Assembly: GCF_964355755.1 (NCBI RefSeq)
Contig: NC_092677.1
Location: forward strand, 15,088,101-15,152,100
Source: Antedon mediterranea
Lineage: Eukaryota > Animalia > Echinodermata
DNA: 64,000 bases
Direction: 5' to 3'
The first letter of the stretch is position 1. Every line of letters starts with the position of its first letter. The notes beneath the pieces are model-generated. The model saw only the letters and a list, made by a program, of their open reading frames with translations, searched no databases and was not told the origin of the DNA. The position numbers and the translations under genes are program-made. Of this stretch, positions 46,501-57,990 are shown one piece after another.

Positions 46501-49500
46501 AAGGTGAAAGAAGTTGCTATATAATCCATAAGGTTGGCTGTTTGAAATAATAATTATATGTATATACTATTATATGAAAATTATTCTATGTACAACATGT
46601 AGTACAGTAATGCTTATGGGCAGCCTTTAGTGCCAAAATTGATAACATACAAATATTACTGAAATAATGTTTATTGTTGGAAACAAACTTACAATCTTGC
46701 TATAGGCTGCATAGGAGGTTTGGGAGGTATTTCTTTTATTAGTTGTATTTGAGGTGAAGGAATCTTCTGCAAACTTGCCACTTCATCAAGTTTACTCAAT
46801 AATGATATATCTATGGGTTTTGCAAACTTCCGTTTCTTCTTCCTTAACTTCTCTTTTTCTCGCTCTTTTTTCCTCTTTTTGTGATGCAATGATAGCATTG
46901 ATGATTGTACTGTTGAAAAGTAAGATCAAAATGATTATAATATTCCTATATTATTATATGTTTAAGTTTGTAATCTAATCTATAAATTTATTTGGATTTG
47001 ATTTTACTTTTTTAAATGTATGATGTAAGAAGTTTACTATTGACTAATATTTGAACTCTACTGGTGACTCTTACCTGGAGTGCCTATTGGTGATTTCTTT
47101 TGCATATAAGTTCTTGCAATCACATCTTGTAATTGAATCATGTTGGTATCCAACTCTGGGTGTTCCTCCTTACGTGCACGTCTTTTACGATGGCGCTCAA
47201 CGACAGCTGCAAGGTTATCTTCCGATACCTTAGCAGGGGAATGAGTTTTCAGTTCACTTACGTGACCTTGGGCTGCACATGTGAAAAAATATGATTGGGA
47301 TTTAGGAAGAATTATTTTTAACTTGGGGAACTTGGTACACCTTACAATTTGTTTTGTTAAGCCCGGTCTTAATGTGATGTGCCCATAAATGGACATGATA
47401 ACGTCATATCACTACCATATTTAGGAACATCACAATAGTGTGATTGTGTAGACAGAACTTAAAACAAGTCAATTTTTGTCCATCCATGATTAAACAATAG
47501 TGAGAGTACATAAGTACTCTACTCTGGATGAAATCAAACTCATAATAATTTTGCAACGTTTTATCAATTACTTATTTGTTATTGTTATGACTTGCCTTTT
47601 TTTGAAGCTTCACTGGGATTGGGTTTTGCAGCATATGTGGATTGAACACGTGGAGTCAAGGGAGTAGGAGGGAATTCTGGGAAGGGATTAAATGAACAAT
47701 ATAAATCTTCATTGTTGACCTTTGACATCTGTGCCTCACTTTGATAGCTATCAGCCTCTGGATCTTCATCTGAAGATGTGTCTAAAACCTTGGGAAAAAA
47801 AATGAATTCATGTTTTCAATTTAAATTATTTACTTTGGCAATCCATTCATTGAAACTTTATAGTATAAAAACTTACCCCTGCTTCTTCACGGCATTCTCT
47901 CAACGCTCTGTAGTAAAAAAATAGTATATTAAACTCTTGATTAAAAAGTAACCAAATTGCTAACAAATTGTAATCTGTGTCTTTATTATAAATTTAAATC
48001 CAATCTCATTGATTGGTTGAGCTATTGTAGTACATCAATAACAACAAACTTAGACTTACTGTTTATATCGGTTGTTGGTGTTTTTCTCCAATTTCAGGTG
48101 CATTTCTGACTGTTGAGGCTGCTTTACAATGATTGGTTCTTCTGGTGCTGTACTCAAAGCAGCAGCAAGAAGTTTCTGAAATAAATACAATTTTACCTGT
48201 CACCAAAGCTAATTAATTGCTACCAATCAGTGTATTTCAGCTAAGGATTACAATAATCAACAGTATGAATAGAATATGGTTGTTTAGCCAATTATCAAAA
48301 TTAAACACAACTGTAGTAAATGTATTGCAATGACTGATGTTTATGATTTGAATAGGAGAATATTTGAGTTTAGATATTGACTGTTAGATTTTCAATTAAA
48401 CTGATGTTTCGATCTTAAATCTAGGCCATGCGATGTACAGTTCACTCTATGGATGAATTTTCACATTATGCAATAATTAGCAATTTCTAATTTTATACAA
48501 AATGTTGACTGTGCAATAGTACATTTAATCATTGAAATAACCAAAAACTGGTCTGCTCCCGCATTAAAAATCTGAGAGTCAAATTTGTACATGGCCTAGC
48601 TATTGACAATCGATCATAAAGGTAAAGGCGAGTCCCGTGTTCTCTGAACGTAGGGGAATGAGCTGTTAGGAGCTCATTGTACTAAGCCTCAGCATTATGT
48701 GGTAGGGTGGCCAGTTCCTTTCCATGCCGCCCGCCTTTTCTCTCCCTAGTATTTTCAACCAGGTACTCATTTTACAGCTGAGTGGACTGGGAGTTGTCAG
48801 GAATTGAACCCGGGTCTATCTGTATGACAGTCAAGTGTCCTAACCACTCGGCTATCCAACTACTAGATAGAGTAAATGTTGTATAGACTTGAGTTTCATT
48901 GACTCAACAAGGTAAAACAAAGTTAGTTAATCTTTCAATTAATGAAAATATCCTCTCCATTCAACTCATAAAAACATTCATTATTTGTAATAATGCAATA
49001 ATAACCTGTCTTGATATTAAAACATCTTTCAGCAATCTGTGATGATACTTCTGTTGCTGAAACTTGTATTCACGATACTTAGCCCTTCGGCTAATCTTCA
49101 CATACTTAGCAATTTCTGGGTTTAAGAAGCCATTGTTCAGCTTCTTACCGAACGTGGTTAAAGGATTTCCAAATTTGAAATTGTCACCTCTGAACAGTTT
49201 TCTGCAAAATTAAAAATTTCAACAGATTAAATCATTATTTAACATCGTTTATAAAAAGTATGTCAATAATAAAGAGCTTTCAATTTGTGATGACAATTTT
49301 TTATTGTAAACACAACAGAGGTTCTAATGTGCATTTCTGTGAGTTATTTTTACCTAGGCCTAGAGTCAATTAAATTGTGCCCGATTGCCAAACCACACTC
49401 AACACTTGCAAATAGAACCTCCATATGAAATCCTAGTCCCTTATCCTACAGTAGATCATTGCAAAAAAAACCCCAAAAGCTCCCTAAATTAAAGTGAAAA

Positions 49501-50391
49501 CAAATAAAACTTACTCAATGGTTATTTCTTTTTCTTGTTCATCATTTTCTGGAAACACAGGAAGCAACTTTGATAACCTCTGTCTCTCCTCATCAGTTAA
49601 ACATGTCTTCCAGGTTTCTAAGCTCATTATTTCACTAAATAATGATGGCTATGGAAAATTAATAAATCTATTATATTTCTCCATTTATGCCATTACATTT
49701 CAATGAAAAGTTTTCACCATACAAATCATGATTTTGTCAAAATAAAATTACTTTAATACTAATAAACAAATGTACGACCTAGCGGACAAAATGCAATTGT
49801 CGCAGTGGCGTAATGCAGAGGCCGCTAAGTGGCCCTCCAACGCTGGTAGCAATGGTCGTTTTTAGCCCTTTTAAGCATATTTTAATGCTTTTTTTCCATT
49901 GGGCCCTGCTCAGTGTTCCCCACAAGCCCCTGGGTTTAGTCAGTGAGCGCTCATAGCCGTTACGCCACTGCATTGTTGAAATATATATAATAATGAAAGC
50001 TTACATCCTGTGCTATTTCAACCGGAACCATCAGTGTCGTTTTTCCTAAGAGACAAGCTTCTACTTTTGGTTCTTCATCATCACCATCATCTTTTTTAGC
50101 ATTGTCAGTTTTTGTCTGTGTTTTTCTTTTTGTCAACTTTACTTTCTTGGGCTGTGACTGGCTTTTATCATGCTCACCACTTGATTGATGATGCAGGTCA
50201 TCTTCTCGTTTTCTTTTATGCTTATCCTCAAGATGAGTAACCTTTGATCCTTCCACTGAAGCATCAGGGCAATTCTTGTCATCCTCTTGTTTTATTGATT
50301 TTTCATTCTCTATATTGACTTTTGTTTCTGCTTCTTTATTTACAGTGGTGGCTTCCTCTTCTTTCTTTTTTTGGGCTTCTGTTCTATCCAT
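40589..50391 (-). CDS. NFRKB: Nuclear factor related to kappa-B-binding protein (INO80 complex subunit G), ~1844 aa model
   Basis: Exons 50391-50005, 49648-49515, 49201-49006, 48175-48060, 47907-47877, 47788-47596, 47272-47075, 46909-46693, 46537-46257, 45929-45797, 45582-45522, 45410-45236, 45011-44784, 43858-43791, 43705-40589; total 5535 nt in frame. Contains a DEUBAD-like region (SLETW..LLPVFP..LFRGDNFKFGNP), a winged helix (NFFHLLREW) and the conserved VRDSVARLPNGEGTRAEVCELLKDSQFL...SGALDRLHYEKDP. Confidence 0.93.
44046..44765. repeat. 18-bp minisatellite (TATACTAATACAGAGTTG) x ~40
   Basis: Near-perfect tandem array inside NFRKB intron 43859-44783; the main variant is T>C (TATACCAAT). 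Confidence 0.98.
46100..46228. mobile_element. CAGTGGCGTAA-TIR MITE family copy
   Basis: GTGGTGTAATGGCTATGAGCGCTCACTG ... TTACGCCACTG. Confidence 0.65.
48617..48858 (-). mobile_element. tRNA-derived SINE with Deu/Nin-like central domain, apparently full length
   Basis: Minus strand: A-box TAGCCGAGTGG, B-box GGTTCAATTCC, core CCAGTCCACTCAGCTGTAAAATGAGTACC, tail CCTTTACCTTT. Confidence 0.75.
49803..49970. mobile_element. MITE with perfect 11-bp TIR CAGTGGCGTAA/TTACGCCACTG (hAT-like)
   Basis: Perfect TIR; flanks AATTGTCG / CATTGTTG match 6/8, consistent with a decayed 8-bp TSD. Confidence 0.7.
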
Positions 50392-50649
50392 CCTTCACCT
50401 TACACTGGAATATCTGTAAGTTACTTTTTGTATTTAGTAAATCAGAATGTTGGCAGTGTAGCCTACATTTTTAACATAGCTACCAGTTTCCTTAAAAAAA
50501 TGGCCTATATATTTAATGTTATAATACTAGGTCTACTACTATCTACGAGCCTACGTACACAGTATTATTGAATTCAATTTGTAATAGGTTTTTTTTATGT
50601 GTATGAAAAATCTACTGAAAAGAGAGAACTATACACTCACTGTTATAAA

Positions 50650-50940
50650 GACTAGGCCCTACAGTAGTCTTTCTAGCAATCCTAGAATCCATAGAATAGA
50701 AGAAACAAAAGAGCTAGCCTAGCTAGGGGCATAGTAGTAGTAGTAGTATGCTAGGCTAGTATAGTAGCCTAGAGTAGGGGCCTAGGCTAACCATGGAGGT
50801 ATAAAATAGAGGGCTAACTAAGCCTAGCTAGGCCTAGGCTAGTTAGTAATAGAAGTAGTGGAGTAGCCTAGGCTTAGGCTAGTAGTAGGCCTAGCTAGCT
50901 AGTAGGGCCAGGCCTCTATCTAGGCCTAGCCTAGTAGTAG
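50650..50940. repeat. TAGGCCTA/CTAG/(TAG)n-rich patch in the NFRKB 5' intron
   Basis: Dense AGGCCT, TAGCCTAG, GCTAGCTAG and TAGTAG motifs upstream of the acceptor at 50414. Confidence 0.8.
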
Positions 50941-51927
50941 CGTTTATTTAAAATAAAGGAGAACGGTACTTGTGATCTACAAAAATACCTGTAGATTTAC
51001 CTTACATCATAGAAACCATTATTTTAGTAAATCTAGACCTAACATTAACACAAATATAACCAAGAATGCCCTGTTGTTTTTTTAACAAGCAAGGTTTTAT
51101 TCATTTTTTTTCCTTCTCTATGAAAGCAAATCACGCCCTCTCTCCCCAACAAACTTGGCTTGGATGCATGATGATGCGGGAGTGCTATAGATTGGCATGA
51201 TGACTGCACACATGGTTTATTTATAATAGTGTGTAAAGAATACTTTAGTTAGGGCCTACAAAAACAGTGTAATATAAGCCTAAAATAGTATATTAGTAGT
51301 CCGTGGGCAAGTTTAGTTTGAGTAATAAAGTTTTTACAGTAGCTATATATTTGAGGGGAAGATTAATTAAGCTTTTTGCATCTTGGAAACCAGCATTTAT
51401 TTTGGTGTAACTGTAAGCCTAGCTAGTTAAGGGAGTTTTAAATAGGCCTAGTTAAGTTAGTTATAGCTAACTTATAACTATATGAAACTGAAACCTGTAG
51501 TAGGTTAAGTCCCCTAAAGGCCTACATTTATTTTTTTTCACTCCATAGGCCCATTATAGGTAGTAGTAAGTACGGTAGTCACTACTGCATTGTGATTATA
51601 GAAATTTAATTTAGGCCTACACATAATGTACTAATTTATTAACCAATTAATTTTAAAGATATCGGAGAGACAAAGTCATTGATGGGCTCCTCATTGACTA
51701 CCAATCAAGAAAGGAAGCTGGTTATAGTGTATGTTTTCATGATCACTCTTTTATTGATTTTCAAATAATTTGTCATGGTCTAGGCCTAAATGTTTTTGAT
51801 CATTAAAAGGTAATATAGTTTAAAAAAAATTGAAATATTGTTCACTATTAATTATTATGTATTTTAAGATAGGTGGTAGGATATACTGGAACTGAAGATC
51901 ACAACAAGCCAAACAGCTGTATACAGT

Positions 51928-53301
51928 TCATGGTGTCTTTACTTTTCTCAATTCGACGGCCGTAACAAATTTACGAATATCATCTGCAAGTAACTGAGGT
52001 TCTTCAAATGCTGCAAAATGGCCTCCACGTGGCATAGTAGTATACTGCATGAGGTCAACATATTGTTTACGAACCCATGGTTCTGGTGTATGAGACAACT
52101 CCATCGGGAAATCTGCAACAGCTGATGGAACATTTATTTTATAAAACGGTTCCTGAAGAGCATTTGCAATGTTTTCCTTATAAAATCTCATGGAAGGAGT
52201 TATGGAACCTGTCATCCAATACAGCATGATGTTTGTTAGTAGTTCATCTAATGTCCAGTATTTGTCAATGCCACCGTCATCCATATCACGACCTTTAGGG
52301 TCTGTCCATGTCGAAAACTTTTCTAATATATATGCCGCTAGTCCAATGGGAGAATTATTAAGAGCGCTGCCTACAGTATCTGGTTTTGTTGCCTGTATAT
52401 GCATGTATCCAGTTTCAAGCATAATATGAGCCATCTTTTCACCAGCAGGAAATACCTTATCTTGATCTTCTTTTGAACTAAATATTAAACTTGGGAAGTA
52501 ACTACCAATCATTAAGAAAAGTGGCTGGAGGGGAAGTCGAGTAGTTGCCATGTTGCTGTGAAGACCCAAAATGGAACTTGGAGTGATAAGTGCAATTTTA
52601 GTAATTATGTATGCTCCCCAATCACCACCTTGGATGTAGTACTGTCTGAAACCAAGTCTTTTCATTAGTTTGTCAAAGATCCTTGCAACTGCCAAAGCAT
52701 CAAGACCTTTTTTATGCGATGCTTCTGAAAATGTGTACCCTGGAATAGACGGACATATCAGCTCAAAAACAACATCAGATTGGTCATTGACCTTTGTCAA
52801 CAAAGGAGCAATTTTCAAGTATTCATAAAAAGAGCCGGGCCAACCGTGAATCATCAATAATGGAACCGCTTTCTGTCCAGCTTTGAGAGTTGGCTTGACA
52901 TGCATAAAATGTATATCCAAGCCCTCAATGTTAGTTTTAAAATGATCAAATGTGTTTATCTCCTCTTGCTGCTTTGTCCAATTATAACTACTTAGCCAGT
53001 ATTTTGCAACATTCCTCATGTACTCTGGTCGTACACCATAATTAAAGCGACGGTCCTCAAGTCCTACACCAAAACGAGTATTCCGAATCCTAGATTTCAA
53101 GTCGTTGAAAACAGACTGTTCAAATTGAATTTCAAATGGCACTATGGACTCATCCGGAGGGGTGTTAGGTTTTTCACCCTTGCCCCACCAGCCATCTCCA
53201 TATTCTGGTGGCTCAGGAGCTGTATCAAACACTCCACCTAACATAAGAGCAACAATAACAGCTAGAAGCAAAACAAAAACAGATATAACTTTGAAAATCA
53301 T
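51928..53301 (-). CDS. EPHX1: Microsomal epoxide hydrolase 1-like (EPHX1/JHEH family), copy 1, intronless CDS
   Basis: 457-aa ORF with N-terminal membrane anchor, HGWPGSF, nucleophile GGDWG, ETGYMHIQATKPDTVG, SMRFYKE, FPME and GGHFAAFE. Confidence 0.97.
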   Translation of the reverse strand: MIFKVISVFVLLLAVIVALMLGGVFDTAPEPPEYGDGWWGKGEKPNTPPDESIVPFEIQFEQSVFNDLKSRIRNTRFGVGLEDRRFNYGVRPEYMRNVAKYWLSSYNWTKQQEEINTFDHFKTNIEGLDIHFMHVKPTLKAGQKAVPLLMIHGWPGSFYEYLKIAPLLTKVNDQSDVVFELICPSIPGYTFSEASHKKGLDALAVARIFDKLMKRLGFRQYYIQGGDWGAYIITKIALITPSSILGLHSNMATTRLPLQPLFLMIGSYFPSLIFSSKEDQDKVFPAGEKMAHIMLETGYMHIQATKPDTVGSALNNSPIGLAAYILEKFSTWTDPKGRDMDDGGIDKYWTLDELLTNIMLYWMTGSITPSMRFYKENIANALQEPFYKINVPSAVADFPMELSHTPEPWVRKQYVDLMQYTTMPRGGHFAAFEEPQLLADDIRKFVTAVELRKVKTP

Positions 53302-54175
53302 CGTTATTTCTTGTTCTCTACTGATTAATATAGAGCGGGAAGTTAAGCTGACAAACGTAAAGTCTACAACCGTACCAAATGTTTGTTTTGTATTCTAGCC
53401 TACAATGGGTTTTATCACGATTGATTTGAACTATGAATGTTTATCGTTTCCATAGTCCATGGTTCTCCGTTATCATGTGTGCACAGCACAATTACAACAA
53501 AAGTTCAATCAGAACTGCTGGTAATTGTATGGGCGGCCGTTAGTGCCAAAACAGACAATACATAAGCAATTTCAGTGTTTTGATTTTCTTAAAGGCATAA
53601 CTAACTTTATTGACTTTGGTGTGTGTATGTAAATGCTACATTTAAGACGTTTGTGGAATACGTGTTGACCTAGTAGTAGGCTAGGCCCTCAATGGTATAT
53701 TTAAGATGTTTTTTTCTTGATTTAGCCCATATTATAGGCCTAATATTGTACTGTACTTAATTTATTTTACATGTAATTTACATTAAAGGGTAGGACTATC
53801 AGTGTCGTATGTTTTCATTTGTTAACTCTGTTTTATTGAATAACCTGTCACAAATAATTTTTCATGGTCTACTGTAAATTAAAAGATTTTATAATCACCT
53901 GATTGTATTCTTACAATGTGATTGGTCAATTACGAATTACGTATCATTTGGAATTGGCCCAATCTAACAAAAAAGTGATGTATAATGGTGGTAATTAACG
54001 CGCTCTCCATCAACTCATATAACAATTAATTATTTTTATAATATTTCATGTTATTTGGATCATTAAAAGATAAAATTTAAAGTTAGATTTTTACATGATA
54101 TCAAATTGTTTATTATAATTATTTTAGATAGGTGGTAGGATATAACTGAAGTTCAAAACGAGGAAACAGTAAAGA

Positions 54176-55546
54176 TCACGGTGTCTTTCTTCTCAATTCG
54201 ACGGCCGTAACAAATTTACGAATATCATCTGCAAGTAACTGAGGTTCTTCAAATGCTGCAAAATGGCCTCCACGTGGCATAATAGTATACTGCATGAGGT
54301 CAACATACTGTTTACGAACCCATGGTTCAGGTGTACGAGCAAACTCCATCGGGAAATCTGCAACAGCTGATGGAACATTTATTTTATAAAACGGTTCCTG
54401 AAAAGCATTTGCAATGTTTTCCTTATAGAATCTCATGGAAGGAGTTATGGAACCTGTCATCCAATACAGCATGATGTTTGTTAGTAGTTCATCTAATGTC
54501 CAGTATTTGTCAATGCCACCGTCATCCATATCACGACCTTTAGCATCTGTTGCTGTTGAAAACTTTTCTAATATATATGCCGCTAGTCCAATGGGAGAAT
54601 TATTAAGAGCGCTGCCTACAGTATCTGGTTTTGTTGCCTGTATATGCATGTACCCAGTTTCAAGCAAAAGATCGGCTATCTTTTCACCAGCAGGAAATAC
54701 CTTATCTTGATCTTCTTTTGAACTAAATATCAAACTTGGGAAGTAACTACCAATCATTAAGAAAAGTGGCTGGAGGGGAAGTCGAGTAGTTGCCATGTTG
54801 CTGTGAAGACCCAAAATGGAACTTGGAGTGATAAGTGCAATTTTAGTAATTATGTATGCTCCCCAATCACCACCTTGGATGTAGTACTGTCTGAAACCAA
54901 GTCTTTTCATTAGTTTGTCAAAGATCCTTGCAACTGCCAAAGCATCAAGACCTTTTTTATGCGATGCTTCTGAAAATGTGTAACCTGGAATAGACGGACA
55001 TATCAGCTCAAAAACAACATCAGATTGGTCATTGGCCTTTGTCAACAAAGGAGCAATTTTCAAGAATTCATAAAAAGAGCCAGGCCAACCGTGAATCATC
55101 AATAATGGAACCGCTTTCTGTCCAGCTTTGAGAGTTGGCTTAACATGCATGAAATGTATATCTAAACCCTCAATGTTGGTTGTAAAATGATTAAATGTGT
55201 TTATATCCTCTTGCTGCTTCGTCCAATTATAACTACTTAGCCAGTATTTTGCAACCTTCCTCATGTACTCTGGTCGTACACCATAATTAAAGCGACTGTC
55301 CTCAAGTCCTTCACCAAAACGAGTATTCCGAATCCTAGATTTCAAGTCGTTGAAAACAGACTGTTCAAGTTGAACTTCAAATGGCACTATGGACTCATCC
55401 GGAGGGGTGTTAGGTTTTTCACCCTTGCCCCACCAGCCATCTCCATATTCTGGTGGCTCGGGAGCTGAATCAAACACTCCACCTAACATAAGAGCAACAA
55501 TTACAGCTATAAGCAAAACAAAAACAGATATAACTTTGAAAATCAT
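54176..55546 (-). CDS. EPHX1: Microsomal epoxide hydrolase 1-like, copy 2, intronless CDS
   Basis: 456-aa ORF about 95% identical to copy 1 (roughly two dozen differences by eye); all catalytic motifs intact; offset 2245 bp. Confidence 0.97.
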   Translation of the reverse strand: MIFKVISVFVLLIAVIVALMLGGVFDSAPEPPEYGDGWWGKGEKPNTPPDESIVPFEVQLEQSVFNDLKSRIRNTRFGEGLEDSRFNYGVRPEYMRKVAKYWLSSYNWTKQQEDINTFNHFTTNIEGLDIHFMHVKPTLKAGQKAVPLLMIHGWPGSFYEFLKIAPLLTKANDQSDVVFELICPSIPGYTFSEASHKKGLDALAVARIFDKLMKRLGFRQYYIQGGDWGAYIITKIALITPSSILGLHSNMATTRLPLQPLFLMIGSYFPSLIFSSKEDQDKVFPAGEKIADLLLETGYMHIQATKPDTVGSALNNSPIGLAAYILEKFSTATDAKGRDMDDGGIDKYWTLDELLTNIMLYWMTGSITPSMRFYKENIANAFQEPFYKINVPSAVADFPMEFARTPEPWVRKQYVDLMQYTIMPRGGHFAAFEEPQLLADDIRKFVTAVELRRKTP

Positions 55547-56125
55547 CGTTATTTCTTGTTCTCTACCGATTGATATAGAGCGGGAAGTTAAGCTGACAAG
55601 CGTAAAGTGTACAATCGTACCAAATGTTTGTTTTGTATTCTAGCCTACAATGGGTTTTATCACGCTTGATTTGAACTATGAATGTTTAGTAGTGTACACA
55701 ATCCACGGTTCTCGATTTACAGAAAATGTATAATCTAAACAATAGTAGTGTGAAAGGTCAATCAGTAGGTAATACTGGTTATAGTTATATATTAAGAGCG
55801 GTCGTTATTGCCAAAACATGAATAATGTACATAATATCGGTATCACAAAGTGTAAGTGTAATTCATAAAGTGACATGTAAAAGGCCAATTCTACGTTTAT
55901 GGCCTGTATTAAAATCTATGTGACCTAACAAGTTTTAGACACATACTGCAATACCTGGTTTTGGAGCACCATATGTTCGATTGGTCGACAGTTTACAATT
56001 TTAGAGCAATAAACGTTACATGTAATGATTGCTTTTTATAAATAAGGAAACCATGCGAAGAAAACATATTGCTTTACAACCAGACTTATCTTTGTGCATT
56101 CTACAAGCGGTTCAAATCATATTAT

Positions 56126-57653
56126 TTAAATTTCAATGTTCATGACTCCTCCTGAAAGACCCGCTTTTAGATTTTGAACAGCTTGTTGATTCATCTCGTT
56201 AATGCATTCCACCGTTGCCGTTGCACTGTGAGGAGTTATTATAACGTTCTGCATGTGACGGAGTGGATGGTCTTGTGGTAGAGGCTCGGGCTCTGTGACA
56301 TCCAGGCCAGCAGCAGAGATTGTCCCGTTCTGCAAAGCTTCAACTAAATAATCAGTGTCAACCACGCTCCCTGTGGAATACAAAGAAACTATTGTTACAG
56401 TATATTGATGAAGAAGAAGCATGACGTCACAATGTGGATGGCGATGATTATTTGTTTTTCTGTTACTGTGTTTCACATGCTTACCTCTTCCAACGTTTAT
56501 AAGTATTGATGTAGGCTTCATGAGAGCTAATTGTGGCTGTCTTATAAGTTTTCTGGTTTCGACTGTTAGTGGCACAGCAATCACAAGAAAGTCTGCCTGC
56601 TTTAGGAGTTCTTCTAATGTATTGCAATATTTAGCATTAACACATTCTTCGTCTAATTGTGATCTATTATACAGTAAAAATAACCATACCGAAGTCTTAT
56701 GTTTAATGATCATTTCTCTCTGACTTCGTATATAAAGTATCAAGCTAGCTAGGTTTTATTTTGGTTGTTTAATCGTCGATATAATTTACTTTTCTAAAAT
56801 TATAAGTGTTATCTTCTCCATTTAACTGCAACTAAAATTGTCTTTCATTTTTTTAATCATCAGTAAATGAAAATATATCACTAACCTTCTTGTTCTATTG
56901 TGATACAATACTTTCATTCGAAATCCCATTGCTCGTTTCGCAATACAGTAGCCTATGTTACCCATACCAAGGATTCCGAGTGTTGCTCCAGTGACATTTT
57001 GGCCTATTAGTTTAGAGTAAGCCGCATCTCTGGTTGCGGAGCCTTTTTTTGAAATTTCAAGGGCTGTAAAAATAAAATGCCTAATAACTTAAATTGTAGA
57101 ATACAGTTTCAGTTTAGAAATTATTCCTAGATCAAGAAACAACTAGTAGGCCTATTTTGTTATATGGCTATTTTTCCCCAAATTATGTTTCTTTTTCTTA
57201 TGTTACTTCTACACTGAAGCAAAACTTAATATGGTACAGTGCACTAACATAATTTTGACATGATCCATTAGTATTTTACATGTTTACCTTTAGTGAGATT
57301 TCTAGCCGCAGCCAACATCATCATAAATGCAAGATCGGCAGTTGGCTCAGCAGTGACCTGAGGAATACTCGACACACGGACTTTCCGCTTACGCAGCTCC
57401 ACGACGTCCAAACCATTTATTCCGGCGCCACATACACTAACAGCTTTCAAGTTGGAAAACGAAGAGATGTCGACACAATTCAAAAATTTCGAAATGTCCA
57501 TAGGAGAAAGGATAATTCCCTCGACGTCATTTAAGTGTTGTTTGGTATTACTAAAAAACGTATCAACATTAATCACCGTGAAGTCAGTATTCAAATCAAC
57601 GGTGTTAAACCTCTCCAGTTGTTCCCAAATTAACACAGTTTGTTTGCGTGCCA
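56126..57653 (-). CDS. D-isomer 2-hydroxyacid dehydrogenase (glyoxylate/hydroxypyruvate reductase-like), copy A; start exon not located
   Basis: Exons 57653-57288, 57063-56886, 56663-56485, 56370-56126. Motifs: TAEPTADLA, Rossmann [41 protein letters not shown]. Confidence 0.9.
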
Positions 57654-57990
57654 CTATAAATATGGAACAGTATATTACAGTATTGTATGTATGTATTTTG
57701 GCCGACGTTTGTCGTGAACGACAATGTCAATAGATGAAACTAAGCCAGGACTGTTTAAAGCACCTTATTGTTTGGTCATATCATTGATCATTCTCGTCCA
57801 GCTCCCACCTTAACCAGAGGAGAGGAAGCCTACGTCTGAGGCAGATACTAGAATAAGCTAAACAAGAAACGATAAAGCCAGCCAGAAAGAAATTGCAGCT
57901 TTTGGGTAAGTTAACATTATTAACCCTTCTAGTGCAACGTAACGGACACATTTTAATTGTAAATGTAATCAATTGTGGAATAAACGTTAA

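Noticed and set aside
51928-55546. Bacterial horizontal transfer of the intronless epoxide hydrolases
   Set aside because: The N-terminal membrane anchor, GWWGKG segment and overall motifs match the animal microsomal EPHX1/JHEH type, and base composition resembles host exons.
52190-55643. Duplicated short plus-strand ORFs (79-91 aa)
   Set aside because: Antisense to the EPHX1 copies; conserved only because of the duplication.
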